Assembly (NCBI GenBank): GCA_964016885.1
Contig: OZ024757.1
Location: 3,782,001-3,846,000 of the forward strand
Direction of reading: 5' to 3'
Source: Eledone cirrhosa
Lineage: Eukaryota
DNA length: 64,000 nt
Below the pieces are notes generated by a model that was given only the letters and a program-made list of their open reading frames with translations, was not told the origin of the DNA and searched no databases. Shown here one piece after another: positions 12,355 to 26,319 of the stretch; within the stretch, counting starts at the first letter, position 1, and every line of letters begins with the position of its first letter. The position numbers were made by a program, and so were the translations under genes.

Positions 12355-12907
12355 GACTGGTTGCTGCGCAGTACCACACCGCTCTAGGTTGGGCAGCTTT
12401 CAACAATAACAAGGAAGTATTAACATCAAAACGAGTTTCCTATCATTTGAAGGCTAATACCTTCAATACTTACATCCTACCAGTTGTGTTATATGGTCTT
12501 GACTGTGTTAATTGGACGACAAGGTCACTTCAGAAGCTCTCTACATTCCAGAACCACATCATGAGACTTATGACTGGCAAGCGGCTCAGCAACCGTATCT
12601 GTATCAGCGTGCTGCTTAACATTACCAAACTTAGACCAATTACATCAATTGTCAAGTCAAGAATACTCAAACTATACGGTCATATAAAAAGATCAACTTG
12701 TGGTGTGAGAAGGTTATGCCTGGAAGGAATGTTGGCTGGTAAGAGAAGCAGAGGTTGGCAGCCAAAACGATGGCTTGATCATGTCAACTTGTGGACTGGA
12801 CTTGATCTTTGCTCTTTAAACTCTGCTGTTGGTGATTGAACTTTGTGGAGAGAGATATCACGTGTTGATGTGCAATCTGCAACTGGCGGAGTTTAGCGTC
12901 ACAAGAG
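12355..12907 (+). mobile_element. RTE-clade LINE 3' fragment
   Basis: KANTFNTYILPVVLYGLDC...LKLYGHIKR...LEGMLAGKRSRGWQPKRWLD. Confidence 0.8.
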
Positions 12908-13249
12908 ATATATATGTGCGTGTGTGTGCGTGTGTGTGCGTGTGTGTGTGCGTGCGTGTGTGTGTGAATTAGCAATTATGTGGAGGTGGGGAGACACGTT
13001 TCTTTTCACTGTGTAAATTCTGACATCTGTATTAATCGATATTTAAACGGTAAACATGAAATGAGTAAAATTACAATTATCAATAATATTTTGACAAAGA
13101 TATCATAATATTGTTTTACTCTTAATTATTGTTATTTCATTTCAAGTGTGAGACATAAGATTGTTTTGTGCCATTGTTGTGTGTGTCATTTTATATATAT
13201 AGATGTGTGTGTGTCATTGTGTGTGTGTATATAGATGTGTGCGTCATAG

Positions 13250-13301
<52 letters not shown>

Positions 13302-13565
13302 AAAAAAAATAATGAATAAAACAATGAAACAGTTCCTTATATTAAACAAAAAAAGTTCATTATTTAACGATCATTTCTAGGACATATATGTGTTAGAATT
13401 GGCATGCATATTCAAAAGATCTATGTACAAAATTATACAAACTATCAAAGAGAATATACATACCAACACATATATATGCTGTCTTCAGACATATGTGTGT
13501 TATCGGTGGTAGATTTATCTATCTATCTATATATATATATATGTAGATGTGTGTGTGTGTCATCG

Positions 13566-13621
<56 letters not shown>

Positions 13622-13629
<8 letters not shown>

Positions 13630-14178
13630 AATAAAATGACAGGAGGCTGGACTGGATAAATTCCTTAAAGGTTTATTATAAACACTATGCACATTTCAAT
13701 GACCGGGCTCCGCAAGAACCCGGTAACATCATCAGGTCTTACGAAGTTTATCCAATAAAGGAATATAATAATGGTAGACACAATCCAAGGTGCTGAAAGT
13801 AGAGAGAAATGTTTAAGACCCGAAAGTGGCCAGAACCAGCAGTTGCCAGCCTGGGGGACCGCCTTCTGGCAACTGCTGGTTCTGGCCACCTTCGGGTCTT
13901 AAATATTTCTCTCTACTTCAGCCCCTTGGATTGTGTCTACCATTATTATATTCCTTTATTGGACAAACTTCGTAACACCTGATGTTGCAGAGCCCGGTCA
14001 TTGAAATGTGCAGAGGTTTTATAATAAACCTTTAAGGAATTTCACCAATCTAGCCTCCTGTTATTTTACTCAATAATAATTAACTCCGTTCTCGCACCAC
14101 CAACAAGATTCAACATAAACAAAGATGGATGAGTTGCATTACGTCGAGTGGTTTTCCTAATATTACATCACGGTTGAC
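13622..14178. mobile_element. fold-back PLE-end insert E (arms 13622-14078, axis ~13856, ~100-nt tail)
   Basis: Inverted arms of ~220 bp with a TA tract on the left. HHR in the left arm; the right-arm copy is internally deleted. Confidence 0.8.
13681..13740 (-). ncRNA. hammerhead ribozyme motif
   Basis: On -, aagac CTGATGA tgttaccggg...cccggtcatt GAAA tgtgca TA gtgtt. The right arm has aacac, which restores stem I. Confidence 0.7.
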
Positions 14179-14224
14179 TATACGGAGTGACCAGTTCTAT
14201 CCAGTGGTGAACCAACAAACCTAA

Positions 14225-14266
<42 letters not shown>

Positions 14267-14334
14267 GTGTGTGTGTTGCATTGTATATATATATATATAT
14301 ATAAATGAGTGTGTGTTCATGTGTGTTATCGGTG

Positions 14335-14850
14335 GCACATGGCTGCAACTTGATTTTGAGTAATGCCATACTTAAGCATGAGCATCACGGATATGGCTTT
14401 TTTGTCCGGCTAGGGACTTGTCTATGGCCAACAATACAATGCATTGCAAAACATGTCACATATCAAGCGATGTCAGTGTGTGAAGTTTTTTTAAGTGAGG
14501 TAAGGCTTTGTACGGGGCCAATCCCACTCCCTGAACATTGAATATATTTACCCCAAAAAGAACTGGTTAACATCATTGGAAGCAAACGAAGTCACAGGTT
14601 TTATATCAGAGTGACCTTCTCCCAGAGAGATTCTTAATGAACACTAGGAGTCTCTTGCTAAAAAAAAAAAAAATGAAATACTTTATTGGAGGGCTGTTGA
14701 TGCTCCTGAGTTCTTCCACCCTTTGACGGGTTTTGTTTTTCATCCCGCAGGGTGTCCAAAATCATCCTCCTCACCAAGCAAGCTTGATGGCGTTGCCGGT
14801 TTAGTCGCCGAAGACTCGACCATGCAAAAGTTGTACTGGGTTACATGTTA
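14335..14850 (-). mobile_element. older bipartite RTE-derived non-autonomous element
   Basis: 14690-14850 matches the 5' part of 51790-52400, and 14335-14370 resembles its 3' terminus. Confidence 0.55.
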
Positions 14851-14929
14851 TAAACGCACACACACACACACAGACACAAACATACATACACACACACACA
14901 CACACATACATGCATGCATGTCAGAGGAT

Positions 14930-15430
14930 ATCTATGTTAACAACATCTCAATTCTTCCTGGTAGTTTACATCATCCCATATGTACGGAGGTGACCTTTCA
15001 ATCCAACAACAGATTTGGTCTTTGGCACAAGTAACAGATGTATGCCAGGGTATATGTTTGGTTTATTGGATAAGGATGTGGAGTTCCATATTGATGAACC
15101 TTCATACGGTGTTTTAACCTGGAGGTTGTCTTACATATCTAGAAACATGACAAGTAGTGACATCTGGAGGTAGAGAGAGATTTGTAACATAATCTGGCTG
15201 TGTGATTGTCTGTTCAGGAGTTTTTATAAGGTTTACAAAGCCAGCTGTAGAGAGAAGTACACGGTAACAGAAATTACAATTCCAATAATCAATATTTTGA
15301 AGCCCTAACAACTCACCCCTTCTTAGTTCCAGTCTTAGCTCTGCTTTTTTTGGGGTGGGGGGGTTGCCTCCACCAGTTGACATCTTGGTTTAACTGTCGT
15401 TCTCCGTATATTATAATCAAGACCTGGCTT
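14930..15430 (-). mobile_element. degenerate RTE-like LINE 3' end with C2H2-like remnants
   Basis: Frameshifted CHV...LKHRMKVH and ICYLCQR...GLKGHLRT, similar to RTE terminal zinc fingers. Confidence 0.45.
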
Positions 15431-15574
15431 TTCCCATTTATTTATATCTAAACCCAGACATATTATATTTTCCTTAATATAATTTTTCTACCTTTTATTT
15501 GGCCGATGCTGTCCTCTTCTTTGCTCACCATAAAATATTTCCTTTGGAAGCCTTTACATATATACATACATACG

Positions 15575-15612
<38 letters not shown>

Positions 15613-15856
15613 CACATATACACATACATAAATACACACACACATACACATACAGACATACATCCTCACACACAATATATATATATATACATATACATAT
15701 ACATACATACACAAACAAACACACAAACACATACATACACACACATAAACACATACATACACAAACACACACACATACATACACATCACACACATATACA
15801 TACGCACACACACAAACACAAACACCCACATATATATACATATACATACATACACA

Positions 15857-15904
<48 letters not shown>

Positions 15905-16072
15905 TATCATCATCTAAAAAATAACTCCGAATCACAGAAAAGAAAAAAAACAAACCCGTCAAAAATTTCTAAATTAAAATCTCCTTTGAAAGCTTGGACA
16001 GGAAATCGATAGAGATGCATTCTGGGATTTCATGCAGCCCCAGCAAGTTTGGCTTAATATCCTCTCTTATTT

Positions 16073-16549
16073 CTCTCGGCTCTCGAATAATTGTGCCCCA
16101 CCCCCACTTATTAATTTTTCATCCCCCCGTTCTTACCCCCCCCCCCCCACTTATTAATTTTTCATATTTTTCTACCCCCGTCCCAGCTTTTATTCCACCA
16201 CCCTCCCACACACTTATTAAATTTTCGCCCCCCACCCCCCTGCTCGTATCCTCCCTCCTACACTTATTAAATTTTCTTAATCTATCTCCGGTGAAATTTT
16301 ATTTTAAGTAGCAGCATCCCAGCGACAATTAATTTTCTTTAGACATCGGAAAACATTCTACATGACAACAAAAGTACATTACTAGAAATCCCATACATTA
16401 TAAAATAAATAGGATGGGTTGGGGTCTCAATATGTAAACTAAACGACTAATTCTGGTTTTTATAGAAATCAACGGAGACAACCTAGAAAAATTATCGATA
16501 TACCCCCCCCCCCGCTTATTCACCAAACCCTAATACTTGGGTCCCGAGA
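16073..16549. mobile_element. putative Tc1/mariner-type MITE
   Basis: Imperfect termini CTCTCGGCTCTCGAATAA and TACTTGGGTCCCGAGAG-TA, with subterminal CCCCACTTATTAATTTT repeats. Confidence 0.4.
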
Positions 16550-16690
16550 GTATATTCAAGGGAAACAAATCAAGTAAGCCCAACTGACTAACCGGAAGTC
16601 CATTTGTCAGAGTCTGGGAAACGACAACTCGCGACCTTCTATCAACTTTCTTCTATTTCTATGTAATTAGCTTTCGATTATATATATATA

Positions 16691-16701
16691 AAATACAAGG
16701 A

Positions 16702-16770
<69 letters not shown>

Positions 16771-17032
16771 CAAGGACTTATATATAAATATAATACAACG
16801 ACTTATATATATATATAATACAACGACTTATATATATATATAATACAACGACTTATATATATATAAAATACAACGACTTATATATATATAAATATAATAC
16901 AACGACTTATATATATATATAATACAACGACTTATATATATATATAATACAACGACTTATATATATATATAATACAACGACTTATATATATATATAATAC
17001 AACGACTTATATATATATAAAATACAACGACT

Positions 17033-17097
<65 letters not shown>

Positions 17098-17596
17098 CAA
17101 CGACTTATATATATATATATAAAATACAACGACTTATATATATATATGATACAAGGACTTATATATATATAATAGAAGGACTTATATATATATAATACAA
17201 GGACTTATATATATATATAATACAACGACATATATATATATATATAATACAACGACTTATATATATATATAATACAAGGACTTATATATATATATATAAT
17301 ACAAGGACATATATATATATATAATACAACGACTTATATATATATATATATAATACAACGACTTATATATATATATAATACAAGGACTTATATATATATA
17401 TATAATACAAGGACATATATATATATATAATACAAGGACTTATATATATATATAATACAACGACTTATATATATATATATATAATACAACGACTTATATA
17501 TATATATAATACAAGGACTTATATATATATAATACAAGGACGTATATATATATAATACAAGGACTTATATATATATATATATATATAATACACGGA

Positions 17597-17657
<61 letters not shown>

Positions 17658-17696
17658 CAAGGACTTATATATATATATATATATATAATACACGGA

Positions 17697-17733
<37 letters not shown>

Positions 17734-17790
17734 CAAGGACTTATATATATATATAATACAAGGACTTATATATATATATAATACAAGGAC
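16691..17790. repeat. minisatellite of ~36 ATACAA(G/C)GACT cores separated by variable (TA)n
   Basis: Counted by eye. The core equals the terminus of adjacent insert F. Confidence 0.92.
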
Positions 17791-18152
17791 GGTTTGTTAA
17801 GCTTTCATTACGTTTATTGATTGGTGACGCGCGTTTCGCTATTCATCAGCTAAAGGTTCGATCTGTATCGATCTGTACCGACTCTGGAATTCAAAACTCA
17901 TCGGACCTCTGTTATAGTAATGACATTACTACAACAAAGTTCCGACGCGCTTATGATTCCAGAGTCGATACAGATCGAACCTTGAGCTGATCAATAGCGA
18001 AACGTGCGTCACCAATCAATAAACGTAATGAAGGCTTAACCAACCGTCCTTGTATTATTATATTACACTGTCTAGCTCTACACCTCGATAGTGGCATGAA
18101 CCTAAACATTGAGTGCTCACCTGGGTGAACCTACAGTAACTTCATGTTACAC
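17778..18152. mobile_element. fold-back PLE-end insert F (arms 17778-18058, ~94-nt tail)
   Basis: Inverted arms carry GAAACG(C/T)GCGTC, an HHR 3' half with palindromic helix III, and CTGAT(G/C)A. TA flanks. Confidence 0.75.
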
Positions 18153-18172
18153 TATATATATATATATATATA

Positions 18173-18800
18173 TCACCTTGACCGACCAGTCTGTCAGGCG
18201 TCCATTCGGCACAACTGGTCACAGCACGCCGTCCATTCCTCTCTGGATCGTGCTTTCCTCATCCATGTAGTCCCAATCGTATTCTTAAAATCGTAACTCC
18301 ACCCTCGGGGAGGCCTTCCGAGTGGTCGTTTCCGCTCGCGCGGGTACTACGAGGGAACTGCGCGACTCCACCGATTATCAGTGAACCGGGCGACGTGTCC
18401 AGCCCATCTGAACTTGCTGCGCATATATTCCGTGATGACGTCTCTCACGCCGGACTTCTGTCTGATGACTTCACTCCTGATGTGCTCTCTCAACGAGATT
18501 CCTAGCATTCATCTCTCCATGGCTCTTTCAGCCGTTACCAGCCTCTGCTCTTCTCTCTTCGTTGTAGCCCAAGTTTCACTGCCTTATAACATTGCAGGTA
18601 AAACTGTGCTATTGAAGAGGTTGGCGCGGGTGGTCTTGTCCAACCTCCCCTTGAGCACATCCCTTATGCTGTTGAACGCCTTCCATCCGGCCCTTACTCT
18701 CCGCGATATCTCCCTCTCAATGTCTCGGCGCATGTTCACTTCTTGTCCCAGGTCGACATATCCCTCCACCTCCTCTATTTCATCACCGCCAACCACCATT
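18173..18800 (-). mobile_element. RTE-clade LINE 3' fragment
   Basis: IEEVEGYVDLGQEVNMRRDIEREISRRVRAGWKAF...LFNSTVLPAML*GSETW...RWAGHVAR. Confidence 0.88.
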
Positions 18801-18994
18801 CATTTTCATGCGGTTCATCTTGAGACCTACTGCAGAACTTGCTCCGTCAGCATGGTCTGAAGCTGATCCGTGCTTTCAGCACTTCAGTATGGAGGGTAGA
18901 GCACTCAACGAGGTGCACAGGTTGGTCTGTTTACTCCGAAGTAATTTAAAAACAAGAAGTGTAAGTCAACAGGTTAAAATTAACTCCCTTTAAT

Positions 18995-19235
18995 CATAAT
19001 CACTGTTATATATATTTCGGTGATAACCATTATGCAACAGCTATGACTTCATCAGACTGGTGCTTTGAGAAAACAACAGCAAACTTCAGCACTGAGCATA
19101 TAAAGACATTGAAATAACAGAAGTAAGCTTTATTCCATAGTAATGTATTTCTGTTCAAATTCTAGCTGTTTGATGAGGTCATAGCTGTTGAATAATGGTT
19201 ATCACCCAAATATATATGGCAGCAAATATGAATAA
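18995..19235. mobile_element. inverted pair of HHR-bearing PLE ends
   Basis: On - at ~19000-19060, CTGATGA...ggttatcacc GAAA tatata TA acagtg. A degenerate + copy lies at ~19165-19222. Confidence 0.65.
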
Positions 19236-19259
19236 ACACTTCATATATATACTACGTTT

Positions 19260-19585
19260 GTATTTGTTTGATTGTCAAAGCTCTTTCGTTACACATTCTG
19301 TGACCTCCTCTGTAACAACGTTTGTTGTTATTTTGTATCTCTCCTTTGTTCTGTCCTACACCATCTTGTTTTTGTGTCAAAACAAAACCAAGATGGTGTA
19401 GGACAGAGCTGTAGTCACTGAGGAGGTCACAGAATGTGTGTCCAAAAAGCTTTGACAATCAACAACTAAACAACCATTCAGTTATTAAACTAACCAACTG
19501 GGAGTTTATAATACATAAAAATGAAAAGCAACATGCGCGTGTATTTTTGTTGGCAACATGACCCTACCAAAGTATGACAATATAT
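19260..19585. mobile_element. fold-back 3' end of the Neptune-like PLE family
   Basis: Matches 12020-12235 in both orientations (19270-19375 inverted versus 19380-19465). Confidence 0.8.
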
Positions 19586-19616
19586 ATAATACATATATAT
19601 ATATATATATACATAA

Positions 19617-19805
19617 TTGTTTCTACGTTTGGCTCAAGGCCAGCAATTACACAGTGCATTACTGGTACTTTATTTTATCGACTCCGTAAGGATGAAAGGC
19701 AAAGTTAACCTCGATGGGATTTGAACTTAGATTGGCAAGGGCCGTAACTCTATTCTTCAAAGCATGGTGTCCGACTCTCTACCGATACTGCCAATCTACC
19801 GCCTT
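19617..19805 (-). mobile_element. tRNA-derived SINE
   Basis: Same family as 10843-11028 and 38839-39028. Confidence 0.85.
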
Positions 19806-20056
19806 ATTTATATGTACATAATGTAGAAAAGGTACTCAATATATTAGTAGAAATGATTTCATATGAATATAGAAACCATTTCTATATTGAATTTTTGAAA
19901 TACATATACATATACATATATATACATATACATATACATATATATACATATATATACATATACATATATATATACATATACATATAAATATGAATATGTA
20001 TATATATGTGTATATATATGTATATATATATATATAAATATATACTGTGAGAATGA

Positions 20057-20090
<34 letters not shown>

Positions 20091-20956
20091 TCATTCTCAC
20101 AGAAGTAGAGAGGGGGGGGGGGGTATATTTGACGCGGTAATTCTATTTCCACATTACCATAGCAACCGAACTGTCCGACAGATGGAAGCATTAAGAATTG
20201 AATCTTGTAGAATATTGGGTGTATATGTATATATATATGTATGTATATGTATGTGTTTATATATGGATATATGTATGCTTATATATATGTGTGCGTGTAT
20301 ATATATATATATGTGTGTGTATGTATGTGTCTTTATATATGTATGTAAATGTGTGTGTTTAGATATGTATATGTGTATATGTATATATAAGTATGCGTGT
20401 ATATATATATGTATGTGTGTGTATATGTATGTGTATATATATATGTATGTGTGTGTATATGTATGTATATATATATATGTATGTGTGTGTGTATATATGT
20501 GTCCGTGTGTGTATGTGTATATATATATGTATGTGAATAGTTATGTATGTGTGTCTGTGCGTGTATGTGTTTTTATATACGTGTATATGTATATGTATAT
20601 GTGTGTATATATGTATACGTGTGTATGTATGTAAGTGTCTGTGTGTGTATGTATATGTGTGTGCATGTGTGTATGCGTATGCGTGTGTATGTGTATGTAT
20701 ATGTGTATGTATGGGCGTGTACATATATATATTGAAGTTGTATGTGTGTGTCTCCCTCACCTATCACGCCCCCTCGATCATTTAGAACCCCCCTCCCTCC
20801 ATCCCCACCTCCCTCCACCCCTTCACGTCACACTCCAGTAGTTAGACCACACCCAAACATGACCAACTGATTTCATCTTAAATAATAAACCTGATTCATC
20901 TATATTTAATATCGGGGGTCTAACACCACCCCTCCACACCACCACCTTACTATTGG

Positions 20957-20979
20957 CAGTAGTAGCTATTAGTAGTAGC

Positions 20980-21025
<46 letters not shown>

Positions 21026-21026
21026 A

Positions 21027-21058
<32 letters not shown>

Positions 21059-21070
21059 TTGGTGGAAATA

Positions 21071-21122
<52 letters not shown>

Positions 21123-21251
21123 CAGTAGCATTAGTAGTAGTAGTAGAAGTAGTAGTAGTAGAAGTGGTAGTAGTAATAGTAGCAGTAGCATTAGTAGTAG
21201 TAGTAGAAGTAGTAGTAGTAGTAGTGCTAGTAGTATTAGTAGCAGTAGCAT

Positions 21252-21284
<33 letters not shown>

Positions 21285-21315
21285 CAGCAGCAGCAGCAGG
21301 CAGTAGTAGTAGTGG
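20957..21315. repeat. (AGT)n trinucleotide tract
   Basis: Directly visible. Confidence 0.95.
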
Positions 21316-24300
21316 TAGTCATCAGCACTACCACCTTACAGAGTGTACTGGGTGTTCTTGTCGTGTCACCAGCACTACCACCTTACACTGTATACAGAGT
21401 GTTTTGTCGTGTCACCAGCACTACCACCTTACAGAGTGTACTGGGTTCTTTTGTCGTGTCACCAGCACTACCACCTTACAGAGAGTACTGGGTGTTTTGT
21501 CGTGTCACAAGCACTACCACCTTACAGTGTACTGGGTGTTTTGTCGGGTCACCTGCACTACCACCTTACAGAGTGTCCTGGGTGTTTTATCGTGTCACCA
21601 GCACTACCACCGTACAGTGTATACAGGGTGTTTTTGTCGTGTCAACAGCACTACCATCTTACAGAGTGTACTTGCTGTTTTGTCGTGTTACCAGCACTAC
21701 CACCTTACACAGTGTACTGGATTCTTTTGCGTGTCACCAGCACTACCACTTTACAGTGTATACAGGGTGTTTTGTCGTGTCACCAGCACTACCACCTTAC
21801 AGAGTGTACTGGGTGTTTTGCCGTGTCACCAGCACTACTACATTATAGTGTGTACTGAGTGTTTTGTCGTGGCACCAGCACTACCAGCTTAGAGATTGTA
21901 CAGGGTTCTTTTGTCGCATCACCCTCACTACCACCTTACAGAGTGTACTGGGTGTATTGTCGAGTCACCAGTACTACCGCCTTACAGAGTTTACTGGGTT
22001 CTTTTGTCGTGTCACCAGCACTACCACCTTACAGAGTGTATTGGGTGTTTTGTCGTGTCACCAGCACTACCACCTTACAGTGTACTGGGTTCTTTTGTCG
22101 TGTCACCAGCACTACCACCTTACAGAGTGTACTGGCTATTTTGTCGTGTCACCAGCACTACCACCTTACAGAGTATACAGAGTGTTTGTTGTGTCACCAG
22201 CACTACCACCTTATAGTGTGTACTGATGTTTTGTCGTGTCACCAGCACTACGAGCTTACAGAGTGTACAGGGTTCTTTTGTCGCGTCACCAGCACAACCA
22301 TCTTACAGAGTACCCTGGTTGTATTTTCGTGTCACCAGCACTACCACCTGATAGTATACTGGGTGTTTTCTCGTGTCAACAGCACTACCACTTTACAGTG
22401 TGTACTGGGTGTTTTGTTCTGTCACCAGCACTACCAGCTTACAGAGTGTACAGGGTCCTTTTGTCGCGCTACCAGCACTACCACCTTACTGAGTGTACGG
22501 GGTGTATTGCCGTGTCACCAGCACTACCGCCTTACAGAGTGTACTGTGTGTTTTGACGTGTCACCAGCACTACTACCTTACAGTGTATACAGGGTGTTTT
22601 TGTCGTGTCACCAGTACTACCACCTTAAAGTGTATATATGATGTTTTGTCGTGTCACCAGCACTACCACCTTACAGTGTACTGGGTTCTTTTGTTGTATC
22701 ACTAGCACTACCACCTTACAGAGTGTACTGGGTGTTTTGTCGTGTCACCAGCACTACCACCTTACAGTGTACTGGGTTCTTTTGTCGTATCACTAGCTCT
22801 ACCACCTTACAGAGTGTACTGGGTGTTTTGTCGTGTCACCAGCACTACCACCTTACAGTGTATACAGATTGTTTTGTCGTCACCAGCACTACCATATTAC
22901 AGAGTGTACAAGGTGGTTTGTCGTGTCACCATCAGTACCAACTTACAGAGTGTACTGTGTTTTTACGTGTCACCAGCACTACCACCTTACAGTGTATACA
23001 AGGTGTTTTGTCGTATCACCAGCACTACCACCTTACAGAGTGTCCTGGGTATTTTGACGTGTCACCAGCACTACCACCTTACAGTGTATACAGGGTGTTT
23101 TGTTGTATCACCAGAACTACCACCTTACAGAGTGTCCTGGGTGATTTGACGTGTCACCAGCAATACCACCGTACAGTGTATACAGGGTGTTTTTGTCGTG
23201 TCACCAGCACTACCACCTTACAGTGTATATAAGATGTTTTGTCGTGTCACCAGCACTACCACCTTACAGTGTATACATGGTGTTTTTGTCGTGTCACCAG
23301 TACTACCACCTTACAGTGTATATATGATGTTTTGTCGTGTCACCAGCACTACCACCTTACAGTGTACTGGGTTCTTTTGTTGTATCACTAGCACTACCAG
23401 CTTACAGAGTGTACTGGGTTCTTTTGTCGTGTCACAGCACTACCACCTTACAGTGTATACAGATTGTTTTGTCGTGTCACCAGCGCTACCATCTTACAGA
23501 GTGTACAGGGTGTTTTGTCATGTCACCATCAGTACCATCTTACAGAGTGTACTGGGTGTTGTACGTGTCACCAGCACTACCACCTTACAGAGTGTACAGG
23601 GTTCTTTTGTCGTGTCACCAACACTACCACCTCACAGAGGGTACTGGGTGGTTTTGTCGTGTCACCAGCACTACCACCTTACAGAGTGTCCTGGGTGTTT
23701 TGTCGTGTCACCAACACTACCACCTTACAGTGTATGCAGGGTGTTTTGTTGTGACACCAGCACTACCACCTTACAGTGTATGCAGGGTGTTTTGTTGTGA
23801 CACCAGCACTACCGCCTTATAGTATACAGGGTGTTTTGTTGTGACACCAGCACTACCACCTTACAGAGTGTACTGGGTGTTTTGTCGTGTCACCAGCACT
23901 ACCACCTTACAGAGTGTCCTGGGTGTTTTGACGTGTCACCAGCAATACCACCGTACAGTGTATACAGGGTGTTTTTGTCGTGTCACCAGCACTACCACCT
24001 TACAGTGTATATAAGATGTTTTGTCGTGTCACCAGCACTACCACCTTACAGTGTATACATGGTGTTTTTGTCGTGTCACCAGTACTACCACCTTACAGTG
24101 TATATATGATGTTTTGTCGTGTCACCAGCACTACCACCTTACAGTGTACTGGGTTCTTTTGTTGTATCACTAGCACTACCAGCTTACAGAGTGTACTGGG
24201 TTCTTTTGTCGTGTCACAGCACTACCACCTTACAGTGTATACAGATTGTTTTGTCGTGTCACCAGCGCTACCATCTTACAGAGTGTACAGGGTGTTTTGT

Positions 24301-25783
24301 CATGTCACCATCAGTACCATCTTACAGAGTGTACTGGGTGTTGTACGTGTCACCAGCACTACCACCTTACAGAGTGTACAGGGTTCTTTTGTCGTGTCAC
24401 CAACACTACCACCTCACAGAGGGTACTGGGTGGTTTTGTCGTGTCACCAGCACTACCACCTTACAGAGTGTCCTGGGTGTTTTGTCGTGTCACCAACACT
24501 ACCACCTTACAGTGTATGCAGGGTGTTTTGTTGTGACACCAGCACTACCACCTTACAGTGTATGCAGGGTGTTTTGTTGTGACACCAGCACTACCGCCTT
24601 ATAGTATACAGGGTGTTTTGTTGTGACACCAGCACTACCACCTTACAGAGTGTACTGGGTGTTTTGTCGTGTCACCAGCACTACCACCTTACAGAGTGTA
24701 CTGGGTGTTTTGTCGTGTCACCCACACTACCACCTTACAGTGTATACAGGGTGTTTTGTCGTATCACCAGCACTACCACCTTACAGAGTGTCCTGGGTGT
24801 TTTGCGTGTCACCACCACTACCACCTTACTGTGTATACAGGGTGTTTTTGTCGTGTCACCAGCACTACCACCTTATAGAGTGTACTGGGTGTTTTGTAGT
24901 GCCACCGGCACTACCACCTTACAGAGTGCACTGGGTGTTTTGTCGTGTCACCAGCACTACCACCTTACAGTGTATACAGGGTGTTTTTGTCGTGTCACCA
25001 GCACTACCACCTTATAGAGTGTACTGGGTGTATTGTCGTGTCACCAGCACTACCACCTTACAGAGAGTACTGTGTGTTTTGTCGTGTCACCAGCACTGCC
25101 ACCTTACAGAGTGTACTGGGTGTATTGTCGTGTCACCAGCACTACCAACTTATAGAGTGTACTGGGTGTTTTGTCGTGTCACCAGCACTACCAACTTACA
25201 ATGGGTACTGGGTTATTTTGACGTGTCACCAGCACTACCACCTTACAGAGTGTACTGGGTGTTTTGTCGTGTCACCAGCACTACCACCTTACAGAGTGTA
25301 CTGGGTGTTTTGTCGTGTCACCAGCACTACCAACTTACAGACTGTACTGGGTGTTTTGTCGTGTCATCAGCACTACCACCTTACAGAGTGTACTGCGTGT
25401 TTTGTCGTGTCACCAGCACTACCAACTTATAGAGTGTACTGTGTGCTTTGTCGTGTCACCAGCACTACCACCTTACAGAATGTACTGGGTGTTTTGTCGT
25501 GTCACCAGCACTACCAACTTACAGAGTATACTGGGTGTTTTGTCGTGTCACCAGCACTACCAACTTATAGTGTATATATGGTGTTTTGTCGTGTCACCAG
25601 CACTACCACCTTACAGTGTAATCAGGGTGTTTTGTTGTGTCACCAGCGCTACCACGTTACAGTGTACTGGGTCTTTTGTCGTGTCACCAGCACTACCACC
25701 TTACAGAGTGTACTGGGTGTTTTGTCGTGTCACAAGCACTACCACCTTACAGAGTGTACTGGGTGTTTTTGTCCTGTCACCAG
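21316..25783. repeat. ~46-bp tandem satellite (GTCGTGTCACCAGCACTACCACCTTACAGAGTGTACTGGGTGTTTT)
   Basis: 44-47 nt periodicity, including a 782-bp internal duplication. Confidence 0.97.
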
Positions 25784-26086
25784 GTAGACCATCTTATTAG
25801 TTGAAGAATATAAAGGAGGGTGGAGATGAAGAGAAGATGCCATCATACCATGCAGGGAAAATAAAACCACACAAAGAAATGTCTGCTTAAGAAGACTAAT
25901 CATGAAATTCCTTTCCAAATGCGAACATTGAAATCGATTCATAATGAAAAATTTGACCGAGTTGTAGACGACCAGTTTATCATACAGATGGCGGATGGCG
26001 GAGTAGTGAAAGCTCACCCTCTCTCTCACCTTCTCTCTCTCTCACACCTCCTCTCTCTGTCTCTCTTTCACCTCCTTCTCTCTCTC

Positions 26087-26128
<42 letters not shown>

Positions 26129-26194
26129 ACCTTCTCTCAGTCTTTCTTGCTCCCTATCACTGTCTCTCACTTTCTCTTTTGCTGCATTACGTAT

Positions 26195-26257
<63 letters not shown>

Positions 26258-26269
26258 GTATATATATAA

Positions 26270-26319
<50 letters not shown>

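Noticed and set aside
15245-15316. Apparent short intron (GTGAGT...CTCTCTACAG) on the - strand
   Set aside because: The flanks look like a decayed RTE 3' end and give no coherent spliced ORF.
19859-20841. YI/CV/HT-repeat ORFs here and throughout the window
   Set aside because: Dinucleotide microsatellite translations.
20823-25800. Poly-Ser/Val/Leu and SPALPPY-repeat ORFs
   Set aside because: These are translations of (AGT)n and of a 46-bp satellite with constant frame shifts.
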